Virus record (IMG/VR): IMGVR_UViG_3300031951_000001
Span: 186,001-250,000 of that record
Direction: 5' to 3' (one strand)
Length of the DNA stretch: 64,000 bases
Of the stretch, positions 1 to 12,300 are shown one piece after another (position 1 is the first letter of the stretch; every line of letters begins with the position of its first letter). A program made the translations under genes and the position numbers. Under the pieces are notes generated by a model. The model worked only from the letters and a program-made list of their open reading frames with translations. It searched no databases and was not told where the DNA came from.

Positions 1-1
1 T

Positions 2-964
2 CACGAATGCGGAGACTTGATGCTACTTTCAGAACTTACTTTTAAGTTTGGTCACAAGTTTTTAAATCCATATGAACAATTCAAAGCTTATACCTATAAA
101 GAAGTCGAACAACCTCAAGAAACTTTAACTGAAAATATTACAGTTGTTGTTAATCAAGAAGTTGTTGAAGAGGTAGTACCTGAAAAAATATACGACGGTA
201 ATTACAGGCATAAGTTGAACATGTTAATTACTTGTCACACTAGAGAGGATTATATTCCTCACCTAATTCAAATTATCGAGTCATATAAAAAGATTGATGT
301 AAATTATGCGATTTGTTATAATGGATATGATGATAATTTTAATTGTCATTTTAGAACAGTATACCAACCAAATAATGGAAGAGGTGATGACGGTCATCAA
401 CACGGATGTCCTTATGCCGAAGCTGATTTAGATTTATTATTAGGAGGATATGATTATCTTAAAGACAATGGAGCTCATTTGTGGGTCAAACTGTCGGCCG
501 ATAGCTGGATGCTTGATGAGGATAAAATTATTCAAATTTTGGATGAATTGGAAAAAACTGATTGTGCGTATGCGGGAAACTTTTGGTATGAATACAAAAA
601 TATGTCAACTGACGTTTTCTTCTCAAGTACAAAGGTGAATAATATTTTTGAAGAATTTAAGAAACATAAAACCGAATATTTTGACCAAATATATGAAGTT
701 AAAAGTATGCAAGGGTTAGAAATGTATGTTGGTTTTATAAGTAGAATTTATGATAGACTTATCATTGAAAATCGAGAACCAATGCAAGCGGACTCTACAA
801 GATGGGGGGTACAATCTTTGGGATGGACAATGAGCCATGCGATAGGTAATAATTTGAATTTTGTACAAAATTATGTACCTGATAATGGAAAGGTTACATT
901 TAGAATAGAGAAAGGTCATGGTAATCCTTTCAGCGTAGAAGAAAATAAAATAAACATTTGGTAA
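2..964 (+). CDS. Glycosyltransferase-like protein (5'-truncated by window edge)
   Basis: The frame is open from base 2 (HECGDLMLL...). It has a GT-A-like pattern (MLITCHTREDY...WVKLSADSWMLD) and lies 4 nt upstream of a glycosyltransferase fusion gene. Confidence 0.5.
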   Translation, partial: HECGDLMLLSELTFKFGHKFLNPYEQFKAYTYKEVEQPQETLTENITVVVNQEVVEEVVPEKIYDGNYRHKLNMLITCHTREDYIPHLIQIIESYKKIDVNYAICYNGYDDNFNCHFRTVYQPNNGRGDDGHQHGCPYAEADLDLLLGGYDYLKDNGAHLWVKLSADSWMLDEDKIIQILDELEKTDCAYAGNFWYEYKNMSTDVFFSSTKVNNIFEEFKKHKTEYFDQIYEVKSMQGLEMYVGFISRIYDRLIIENREPMQADSTRWGVQSLGWTMSHAIGNNLNFVQNYVPDNGKVTFRIEKGHGNPFSVEENKINIW

Positions 965-968
965 AAAT

Positions 969-3341
969 ATGTTAGAAACAATATTAAATTTTCACAACAA
1001 TCAAGTTGACCCAATTATTATAAACAGAGAACAAGTTGGGTGTTTAGTCACTAATTTGATAGACATCATTGAGAAAAATGTCGAAGGTGACGTAGTAGAA
1101 TTAGGATGTTATGTAGGAGAGTCATCAAAATATTTGATGAAAACTCTTGTAGAATATAATTCAACAAAAAAATTATTCGTATATGACTCATTTGATGGGT
1201 TACCTGAACTTACAAAATGGGAAGAGTCATCAGGATGGCAACCAGGTACTCTTAAAACTACCGAAGAAGTTTTAATTGGTAACTTTAAAAATAATAATCT
1301 TCCTCTTCCTATAATTCATAAGGATTGGTTCAAGGATATTCCTGATTACAAAATTCCTGAAAAAATATCTTTCGCCTTTTTAGACGGTGATTTTTATAAC
1401 TCAATTTATGATAGTTTGACCAAAATTTACGATAAGGTAAGTGATGGGGGATATATTTTCTTTCATGATTTTATGAGAGCTGATTTACCTGGTGTTGATG
1501 CTGCGGTAAGAGACTTTTTATCTGAAAGAGGTTTGAAATATAACGTTGTTGAAATATGTGAGCAGGTTGGTATGATGATTAAAACAGGAGAGAGAATTGA
1601 AGAAGTTGCCGCCACTCCTGAAGAAGTTGTGATTGAAACTGAACAACCTGTTGAAAATTATACATCAAATAAAATCGTAACTTTGGTTACAGGTCTTTGG
1701 GAGATTGGTAGAGAAAATCTTGAAAATGGATGGTCTAGAAGTTTTGAGCATTATATCGAAAAATTTGTACAGCTTTTAAAGACTGAAGATAACATGATTG
1801 TCTTTGGTGATATTGAATTACAAAAAATAGTTTTCGAACATAGAACACAAAAAAATACACAATTCATAGTTAGGGATTTAAGTTGGTTTAAAAGAAACGA
1901 TTATTTTGAAAAAATTCAAAAGATAAGAACCAACCCAAAATGGTATAATCAGGTAGGGTGGCTTACCGAATCAACTCAAGCTAAATTAGAGATGTATAAT
2001 CCTTTAGTAATGTCTAAAGTCTTCTTACTCAATGATGCAAAAATATTAGATAAATTTAATTCAGATTATCTATTTTGGATTGATGCGGGTTTAACTAATA
2101 CTGTACACGCCGGTTATTTTACACACGATAAAGTAATAAAAAAACTTCCTGATTTAATTAAAGATTTTCATTTTGTTTGTTTTCCATATGAAGCAAATTC
2201 AGAAATTCATGGTTTCGATTATGAAGAAATGAAAAAATATTGTGATGGAGCTAAAGTTAATAAAGTTGCAAGAGCTGGTTTCTTTGGTGGTAAAAAAGAT
2301 ACAATCGGTCAAATAAACGCAATCTATTATAGTTTATTGAATGAGACTTTAGATAGAGGTTTCATGGGTACTGAGGAGAGTTTATTTACAATTTTAGTTT
2401 ACAAATATCCCGAATTGGTTGGTTTTTCCGAAATCGACGAAAGTGGATTGATGGGTAAATTTTTTGAGGAATTAAAAAATTCTGAAATAAAAGTAAAATC
2501 TGAAAAAGTTAATCAGTTGAGTGATTTGGACGTAAGTAAAACCGCTCTATATGTTTTAACTTTTAATAGTCCGAAACAATTTGAAACTTTGATTGACTCG
2601 ATGTTATTGTATGACGCGGACTTCATACATAAACCAATGAAATTCTTGATTGACAACTCTACAGATAGTTCTACGTTCGAAAGATATACTGAACTTTGTG
2701 AGAGATATAATTTTGAGCATATCAAGAAAGAAAACTTAGGAATTTGTGGAGGTCGTCAGTTTATCGCCGAACACTTTGAAGCAACTGGATATGATTACTA
2801 TCTATTCTTCGAGGATGATATGTTTTTCTACACAGGAAACGAAAGTACATGTAGGAATGGTTTCCCTAGACAATTGAAGAGTTTATACGAGAAAACATTG
2901 AGAATTATAAATAAGGAAAATTTTGACTTCTTGAAATTTAATTTTTCGGAATTTTACGGAGATAATTCAACTCAATGGTCTTGGTATAATGTACCTCAAA
3001 ATGTAAGAGAGCAATATTGGCCTCATTATTCAAAATTACCTCAAATGGGTACCGACCCAAATGCTCCAAGAGCGCAATACGATAATGTAAAATCATATGA
3101 CGGTGTACCATATGTAACAGGTGAAGTATATTATTGTAATTGGCCTCAAATAGTATCAAGAGACGGTAATAAGAAAATGTTCCTCACCGATAAGTGGGCT
3201 CATCCGTATGAACAAACATGGATGAGTTATATGTACCAAGAATTGAAAAAGGGTAAACTCAGGCCGGCTTTATTATTGGCTAGCCCAACAGAACATAACA
3301 GGTTTGAGCATTACGACGGGTCGTTAAGAAAAGAAAGTTAA
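969..3341 (+). CDS. Three-domain glycan-modifying enzyme: TylF/MycF-type O-methyltransferase + HtrL/YibB-like domain + GT-A glycosyltransferase-like domain
   Basis: TylF motifs: GDVVELGCYVGES, VYDSFDGLP, AFLDGDFYNS, GGYIFFHDF. HtrL-like motifs: TLVTGLWEIGR, RSFEHY, FWIDAG, GFFGG. C-terminal GT-like motifs: LIDNS, NLGICGGR, YLFFEDD. Confidence 0.75.
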   Translation: MLETILNFHNNQVDPIIINREQVGCLVTNLIDIIEKNVEGDVVELGCYVGESSKYLMKTLVEYNSTKKLFVYDSFDGLPELTKWEESSGWQPGTLKTTEEVLIGNFKNNNLPLPIIHKDWFKDIPDYKIPEKISFAFLDGDFYNSIYDSLTKIYDKVSDGGYIFFHDFMRADLPGVDAAVRDFLSERGLKYNVVEICEQVGMMIKTGERIEEVAATPEEVVIETEQPVENYTSNKIVTLVTGLWEIGRENLENGWSRSFEHYIEKFVQLLKTEDNMIVFGDIELQKIVFEHRTQKNTQFIVRDLSWFKRNDYFEKIQKIRTNPKWYNQVGWLTESTQAKLEMYNPLVMSKVFLLNDAKILDKFNSDYLFWIDAGLTNTVHAGYFTHDKVIKKLPDLIKDFHFVCFPYEANSEIHGFDYEEMKKYCDGAKVNKVARAGFFGGKKDTIGQINAIYYSLLNETLDRGFMGTEESLFTILVYKYPELVGFSEIDESGLMGKFFEELKNSEIKVKSEKVNQLSDLDVSKTALYVLTFNSPKQFETLIDSMLLYDADFIHKPMKFLIDNSTDSSTFERYTELCERYNFEHIKKENLGICGGRQFIAEHFEATGYDYYLFFEDDMFFYTGNESTCRNGFPRQLKSLYEKTLRIINKENFDFLKFNFSEFYGDNSTQWSWYNVPQNVREQYWPHYSKLPQMGTDPNAPRAQYDNVKSYDGVPYVTGEVYYCNWPQIVSRDGNKKMFLTDKWAHPYEQTWMSYMYQELKKGKLRPALLLASPTEHNRFEHYDGSLRKES

Positions 3342-3366
3342 TTTTCTGAATTTTAATAACTCGTAG

Positions 3367-3374
3367 TATTTATA
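3367..3374 (+). promoter_or_regulatory. TATTTATA putative late promoter
   Basis: Exact motif 16 nt before ATG 3391; the same motif recurs before most structural genes. Confidence 0.6.
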
Positions 3375-3390
3375 ATCAAATAAGTTTTTG

Positions 3391-6300
3391 ATGGAGTTTG
3401 TAATCAGGAAAAATGCCACTTTACCACTGCTGAAAATGCAGATAGTTAAAGATGGTAGGGGTACGTATGAGGATTTTATGAATTTTATAGAGACCTCGAC
3501 TATCTATTTTTCGATGCAAAATTCTGAAACTGGTGTTATGAAAATTAACACCAAATTTGCAGGCTATGTTGAGAAGGAATTTATTGAGCCAAACTCTCCT
3601 CCCGAATATTACATTTATTATAAATTTACCAAAAGAGAAACAAACAAAGTTGGTAAATATGAAGGTCAATTCCTTTTAAAGAATGAAATAGGTACTTTAG
3701 TTCTTCCGATACGAGAAAAACTAAACATCACAATTAAAGATTCAAATTTAGAAGATGATTTAGACTATAATGAATGTTTTGTAGGACAATTCCAATGCTG
3801 TGTAATAGGACCTCCAGGTCCAAATACTCCATATGAATTTGAACTTAATGCTAACTATTCACCCGGCTCCGTTATTGCCGATTATACTCTAACCGCGAGT
3901 AAACCTGTCGATGCGACTACTACGGTATTATTTGAAAATATTTTAGTAACTTATACAGGTGAATCAATTACAATATCTACAGGAATTACAATAAATAGAG
4001 GTCAGACCACATCCTCGGTTGAAGTTGTAACTGATGGTGATTTTAGTAATTTAACACTGGCAAATTATTTTGATAATGTTTTAATTACACCTTCTACAAG
4101 TTTAACCCCAGATTCTATAGATATTAAACAATCATTTCCTCCATCAGTTCTTACAGGAGATTGTTATTGTTATAGATTTATTAATACTCAAGGTAAACCT
4201 GCAAAATTAAGATATACCCATTGTAATGGTACACCAGTCGAAACATCAATTTCACCAAATGGTAGTTACCAAGACTGTATTCAAACCAACCAATATAATG
4301 TATCAAGTGGAGTTATTGCCGGTGTGAGTCAGGAATGTTTCGGTCCTAATTATTTATGTTTTACGGCTGGTACTCCTTGTAAATGCTACAGGTACAACTA
4401 TATAGGTAATGGTGCTCAAATAGGTCAGATAAGGTATGTCGATTGTCAAAATAATACAATATCTGATAATTCAACTGATTCTGTTGTTGAGTTGTGTGTT
4501 TCTGAAAGACTTGGTGAAAAATATTATACTCATACTGAATTAGATGCGACTTGTACCACCGAAGCTGATTGTTCTTTTTGTTGTTCGGCGTCTCATAATT
4601 TAGTACTTACAACTGGAATATCCGGTGAAATAGACGAAAATGTTACAAAATTATATCGTTATAACACTCTAACCGGTAATCAAACTCTCATTTTAACAAT
4701 AGACCCTGTTTCATCACCCCCATATCAAGCTTTGGATGTTGCCCATAAATTTAGTCCTATCACTAATAATGGTAAAATTTGGATAAGTTTTAAAGGGTTA
4801 AATTCTGATAATTTACCGGACCAATATATTGAAGAGTATGACATTGATTCATCATATAACGTCCAATATAACCGTAGAATTAATATACCGTGGCTCAATG
4901 GATTACGAGAAATTGGTCACGGGTTGAGTCTTTACAATGAAAATAATTTAATTTTAACATTATGTCTTTTTGGGGTAAACGAAGAATTTGTACTTCTAAA
5001 TATAAATAATACAGGTGATATTCCTGATGCGAACTTGATACCTACCGGTATTTACTCACCATTCGAACCCACACAATTACCAAATACTCTTGATTCTGAA
5101 GGTAGAGTTAACAAAATTGTTGATATATTAATTACTTCTGACTCTAAAATAGTTGCGACTAATTACGGAATTTTGGCGAATGGGGCGGTCAATACAATAC
5201 TTCAAATTGATATAACGACTAACGATTATGAAACATTTTTTTATTGGCCAGATGTAAATAATTATGTTCAAAATTCATACCAAGGAATATTTGAAAGTTG
5301 TGGGACATTTTATTGTTTTACATATTCTGAAAATTTTAATGAGTTATGGAGTGTGGATACCGAAACTTATGAGTTAAATCAAGTTCAACCATATAATTCA
5401 AATTTACGAGTTGTGGTCGGGTGTTCATCATTATTGGTTTGCCAAACTCAAAGTTTTGTTCCTGACACTCCTTGTGCTCCTGATGCCGAGGGATGTAATA
5501 TCGCTATTACGGGTACTGTTCATAATGTATCATTTACTTATGAATACACTGGAGACGTGGTGGTGTATTCACCTCAAGATAATACAGAAGATAGTTTTAT
5601 TTGTTATGAAGATTGTATAAACGTTTATAACATCGAAGCTCTATTTTGTGGACACGGTGATGGCACCCCAACACCTGGAAATCCGTCAACCCACTTTACT
5701 GTAACATTTAATTTTGCTTCAGAAGTTAATGATGTTAGAATTGTAATATGGGGTTCAGGATGGGGAGGAAATGAAAATTTTCATATAATGACTGACCAAG
5801 GAGTCCCAACAATAACTTCATATTATAGTTGTTATAGTGAGATTATTGGTAACACAATTTATTCGGGGGCCGAACCATATCCACCTTATAAAGGTGGGGG
5901 TATTTTTAATGTAAATTCTAATAATGATTTTACATCGATTGTAATCAGTGGTGATGGCGGATGGGCTGGGTCATTTATTTATTTGTGTACAGATAGCTCT
6001 TTATGTTTTGATAATTGTACACCAATTCTATTGAGTCCTTTAGCACAAATAACTTTATATAATGGAACAAATCAATATTCAATAACTTTACCATACATAA
6101 ATGGAGGCCCATTTCCTAATCCAGGGACGAGTTATAATTACAACGCAATTGCTCATACCCCTAACAAATTGTGGATATCTAATTTCCTTTTCACAAGTGA
6201 CCCAACCAACTGGTATTTGTTAGAGTGGGATTTATCTCTGTGTCCATTTTCTGTAACGTACAATACAAGATATGTCCAAAGTGTTGATAGTGGAGTAACA

Positions 6301-9300
6301 TCCATAAGATTTGGAGAGAGTAGTAGTCCTGGACTTTTTGCCTTGAACGATACAACTTTATTGACCTCAATCAGAATTAACCAAAACAGTCCTCAGGAAA
6401 AAATAGTAATAGTTTCATTATCATCACCATTAATGACTGTTGTTGATTTATATTCATTACCAGGACAACAAGCGGTTTCGGGGGATATAATAGCAACTAA
6501 CAATTTTAATTTATTAGTTTCTACGGTAGATAATACGAACACATATAGATTATTACAATTAGATTTTATAACCGGTAATTTAGAAATAGAAGTACTATAT
6601 AATATAGGAGGAGCAAATATACGAGGTTTGTTCGAATACCAAGGTAACTTGTTCGCAACAACATCCAATGGATTATATCAGATAAACCCTAATTACCCCT
6701 ACCAATTTACCCAAGTTAACGCTACTACAACAAACCAAGATTCATCATCATCTATTTTATTTTGTAACCCAACTTATTTGTTACCACCACCAACACAAAC
6801 ACCGACTCCGACTCAAACACAAACGAATACCCCATCTAGATTACCTTTGGGTGAATTATGTAGATGTCATTATATAACTAACTATGAGAACAAACCTATC
6901 ACATTTACAGCAACAACTTGTGATTCTTCAATACCCCAAACTTATACGCTACCCGCTAATACAAGTTATCCTCCATCATGCTTCAAATTAGGTTCAGTAT
7001 ATAGTTTTAATGCTCAAGTAACAATCACATATTCTATAACACCTTGTGTATTTTGTAATGGTAAATATGTTTGTAACTCCGTATTGTGTCCTACACCTAC
7101 ACCAACTCCTACTAAAACTAGTACACCTACACCAACGTCACCATGTCAACCTCCCCAAGTTGGGGTTCAAACTTTTACCCAAGCTTGGTCAGTAAATAAC
7201 ACCTGTGTTGCCGCAGAGTTAGGTTATTATTTATTTACAACCGGTACAACTGAAGAGGCATGTCAGTCATTTGTTGGGTTCGCTGAAACTCCAGAAGGAA
7301 GTCAATATTGCCCTTCTTTAGGTACTAACACAATAACTCCATCAACCCAACAAAAAACTTTTGGTGTTTATCCTTATCCTGTAGAGATAGGAAGTAGACT
7401 TTATTCTACAGTCCCAACGTCATGTAACTGTCCATCTTTTTGGTTTAATGGGTGGGGCGGTCCTAATAATGACCCTGGCGCTCCTTTTTTGTTTCTTTCT
7501 AATGGCCCATATAAAGCTTGGTATAATGACGGGGTCATTGTAAACGGTGATAATACGTCTGTAAAAATAGCCACGATATCAGGATGTACCGTGATTGATA
7601 TAGAAATTTGTGAAGTGGTGGGATTCAATGTAAATATAATTGCGTCACCAGGTTCTGTCGATATGATATATAACTTTACGTCAACTCAACCTGTTAAATC
7701 CGCAGTTACTATTAATTTTACAAACATACTTCAAACATATACCGGAGACTCAATCTTTATCACCACAGGACTTACTTTAAATAGTGGTGAAACATCAACA
7801 TTTGTAACAGTTTCAAGAGATGTCGATTTTGATAATCTTACCTTAGGTTATTCTACTATAGATTTTTCAGTGACCTCTAATTTATACATTAATCCTGAAT
7901 TAATATATTTTAATTTCTCAATACCAACAATACCAACACCATCAAACAAATGTTACTGCTATGAATTAACAAACACGAGAACAGATGTAACCGCAATAGT
8001 CAAATATAGAACTTGCGAGAATGAAATAATTACAGATTATTTGAGCCCCCTTGAAACAATAAATGATTGTATAAGATTTAATTCAATTTCAGCTAGCTCA
8101 ATAGTCGATATTACTCAAATATCAGTTTGCGGTCCTCCTGATTATAGTTGCGTAACACCAAATGTACCATGTTATTGTTATAAATTAACTTATGATAATT
8201 CAGGTTATTTAGGTGCGATTCATTATATTGATTGTGCGGGTGAAAATCAAAGTATAACAAATACAACTCAATCATTATATGAAATTTGTGCCAGAGAAAT
8301 AACCGGAACTTTTAAATACAAGGCAGACCAATTAGGGGAATGTACCTCAACCACTCAATGTTCTCAATGTTGTACAACCAGTAAAGTTTTAGTTTTAACA
8401 AATGATTTCCCGAATGGTTCTCCTGGACCTACAGGGGTGGCCATCTATAACCCATCGAATGGTACATCAACTTTGATGAGTTTAACTTTAACAGGGTTAC
8501 CATATTCTCTTACTCACATTTACGATAACACCACAAACACAGGAAGAATGTGGATTGCTTTTGATGCCCCTGTACGTATAGAAGAATACACGCTTGACGC
8601 AAACTACAATCCTTCTTTTGATAGATATATTTTCATATCAGGAAATGAGTTTGAGATTGGAGAGTCGATAACTTATCTAAATTCAAATACTTTATTAAGT
8701 ACTAGACGGGGAACAAACCCAAGAAGAGTTGTTACAATAGATATATCTACACCAAATATTGACATCACCGTACCTCTAGTTAATACAATTTACACTATAC
8801 CATTAATTACTACTAATGCCGACGACATTACAAGTTTATTAGTGACCACTAATAATAGACTTATTGGTACTAGATATAGTGGAACATATACACAGAACGG
8901 TAGTTCAAATACAATTTTCCAAATTGACATGAACACAAATCAGCTCGAATATTTGGCGACATGGCCTGATGTTCCTTGGGAAGGCTGGTGGGACGGGATA
9001 TTCATAAACTGTAACAAATATTATAGGTTTGTTAATAATCAAGTTTCATTAAATCAATTATGGACATCCTCAACAAATTCTAATGGTATACCTACATATA
9101 GTTTAGTATTTAATAACAATAATTCATTATCAAACATATGGGACACATCTTCAAACCCTATTTGTAACACTTTTAATTTTAACCCTAACCAAATTTTATT
9201 AACACCCACACCTACTTTAACCCCAACAATAACTAAAACACCTACTAAAACACCTACCCCTACCGTAACCAAAACAAAAACTCCAACAGTTACTCCAACA

Positions 9301-12300
9301 TCAACTGATTATAAATCCGATTGTGCTTGTTATACTATAACTAACACTAGTCCATATAATTCTATTCCGATATTTTATTTTTATCGTAGATGTAAAACAA
9401 ACACACTAACGGTGGGTGTTGTTTATGGTAACACAACGTTTAGTGATTGTTATGTTCCTGGTTCGGTAACCGCATTCAACAACAATCCTAATTTAATTAT
9501 TACTTTGGGCGCGGAATGCAGTGATTGCAGCCAAGGATTTACATGTAATCCATGCCCATCTAAGACCCCAACTAAAACGCCTACCAACACTAAAACCCCA
9601 AGTAACACACCGACCAAGTCATTAACCCCAACCAAAACACCCACACCAACAATAACACCAACCGATTATCCTTATTCGGCGGACTGTAAGGTTTATTCTT
9701 TCAGTTTAATAACAGGTACTTTATATGGGTATGGGGTTGAGTCGGGGGACATAATCTATGAAATGGTATTACCAGTTCTAGGTGTTCCGACAAATATTGC
9801 AATATCTAATGTAAGTAATTTATTGTTTATATATTTTTCTCAAACTAATTTATTAATAACTTTTCAGTTTGATTATATTACAAATCAAATTATAGATGGG
9901 TCATTAACAACGTATGATATACCCGAACCAATTTTTAATCCAATAGAACAAAATCCTTATCAGAGTATAACTTCTATGGATAATGGACAAGGAGTATTTT
10001 TTACTTCACAAGGTTATAATCAAGAAAATTTAGAAACTTATTCTTTATTAACTTATGAATTAACCGGTACAATTACTTATTTATCCGATTTCCCCAATGG
10101 GTTATCTTCAAAAACAATAATTAGGGGTTCAAATAATTTAATTTTTGCATTGGTTGTAGAACAAAATTCATCCGATTGTGCAATACAACAATGGTATTGT
10201 GACGGGACCTTTGCTAACACGACTCTTCTTTATTCCTTTACATTACCATTATCGTATACGAATGGTACCTCTATATTCATTTATGATGGTGAATTTTATA
10301 TAGTTTCACAACAGTCATCACCTAATGGACCTCATATAGTATATACCGTTGACCCATACCAACCACACACATTGACTGAGGTTTCACAATTCACAATAGA
10401 ATTTGGGTATATAAATGATAGTGAATCTTTCGCTAATTGCAACCAGTTTGAATTTTACCAGTATCCTGACACTCCAACGTTAACTCCTACCCCAACATTA
10501 ACTAAAACTCCCACCCCAACAAGAACACAGACATCTACACAATTAACACCAACACCAACATCAACCAATTTGACTCAAACACCAACGGCAACAAATTTAA
10601 CCCCAACACCAACCCCTAATTGTTTTTGTACGAGCTTTAGAAATACTGTTAATTACGATGTAATTATTACTTTCAATACTTGTGATAAAAAAACAAAATC
10701 AAAATTATTAACACCTGATGGTACTCAAGGAAGTACATTTACAACTTGTGTCACGGATTACGTTGAGGATATTAGAATCAATGTAGTGTCGAATGGCCCA
10801 TGTGTTAGTGAGAGTTGCGGTAGCCCAACACCTACCCCCACAGTTACAAATACACAGACTCCGACAGTTACTTCATCTACAGGATTTATAAATGAGACTC
10901 CGACAGTAACCCCAACTAATACCGAAACCCCAACAATTACACCAACTAATACCGAAACCCCAACAATTACACCAACTAATAGTTCCACTCCTACAATGAC
11001 CTCAACTAATATTACCCCAACCCCAACTATAAGTTCAACACCATCACCAATAATCGAGACTTCAATTCTAATATCCGCAGAATATAAACCAGTCCCTAAT
11101 GGTGTTAATTATAATTTAGTTTTCAAATATAATTTTGTATCCAACACATTACAACCACTAATATCCCAGTCAGGTGAATCAATTCAAGGAATGTTATCAA
11201 CCGGTTTGGCTCACTCATATGATTTGAATACTAATACAGGATACGTTTGGACGAAGTCACCTAATTCATCACAAATAAATGAATATTCAATAATAAATTC
11301 AGATTATAATACATTATTTATAAGAACAATTACCTTGACTGGCTCATCATATGGTAAAGGTTTAACTTATATAAATGACACTACATTAATTAGTACGAGA
11401 AAAATAGGCGCTGAACAATGGGTTATTGAAATAAATATTGACCCGTCATTATCGAGCCCTATTGAGACTTTGAAATTTCAAGTACCGTTCAATCAGTCGG
11501 ATGATTATAGTGACTTAATGTTTACAAGTACAGGTAAATTTATATGGACAAACAATGGTCCATTAGGGTTCAATGTTGAGCAGTACATTTACGATACGGG
11601 GGAACTTAATTTTAGAGCACCTGCTTGTTGTACCCCAACCGCACTATGGCAATATAATGGGAATATTTATTCTTCTCAGTCGGGGGCAAATATGAGAATA
11701 AGATATGACTTAACAACCGCCGAAAAGACATTCATTTGTCCCCCAATCGGATGTGGAGAAACATCATGTGAAGACCCACTTAGTTGTATTTGTTCGGGAC
11801 CCTGTACGGTTGATTTTATATCTTTCGGAGGTTCTTCATTAGTGGAAGATAACAATGCCGAATTTGTGCCAAATATTGACCCAATTATTATTAATTTAAC
11901 AACCACTTTTGAGGAGGGTTCTATACAAATAACTTATAACATGGTTTCTAATAATCCTGTTATAGAAGCGATTAGAGTTAATTTTACAAATGTAATCGGT
12001 ACCCAGCTTGATTCTTGGTGGGCGGGAGAGCCAATAACTATTGATACTGGGGTTACAATATATTCAGGACAAACTTCAGGTTCTACTTTAGTCACACTTG
12101 AAGATAGTATTTATGATTTAGATAAAACAAGTTATTTTACTAATATCTCGATATACCCTCCTTATTTGAGTGGTATAACTACAATTGTGGAGACCAATGT
12201 TTTCCCAACCCCAACATCTACCGTAACATCAACAATAACCCCAACACCATCTATCACACCTAGTATAACCCCAACTAATACCCCCATATTCCCTCAAAAT

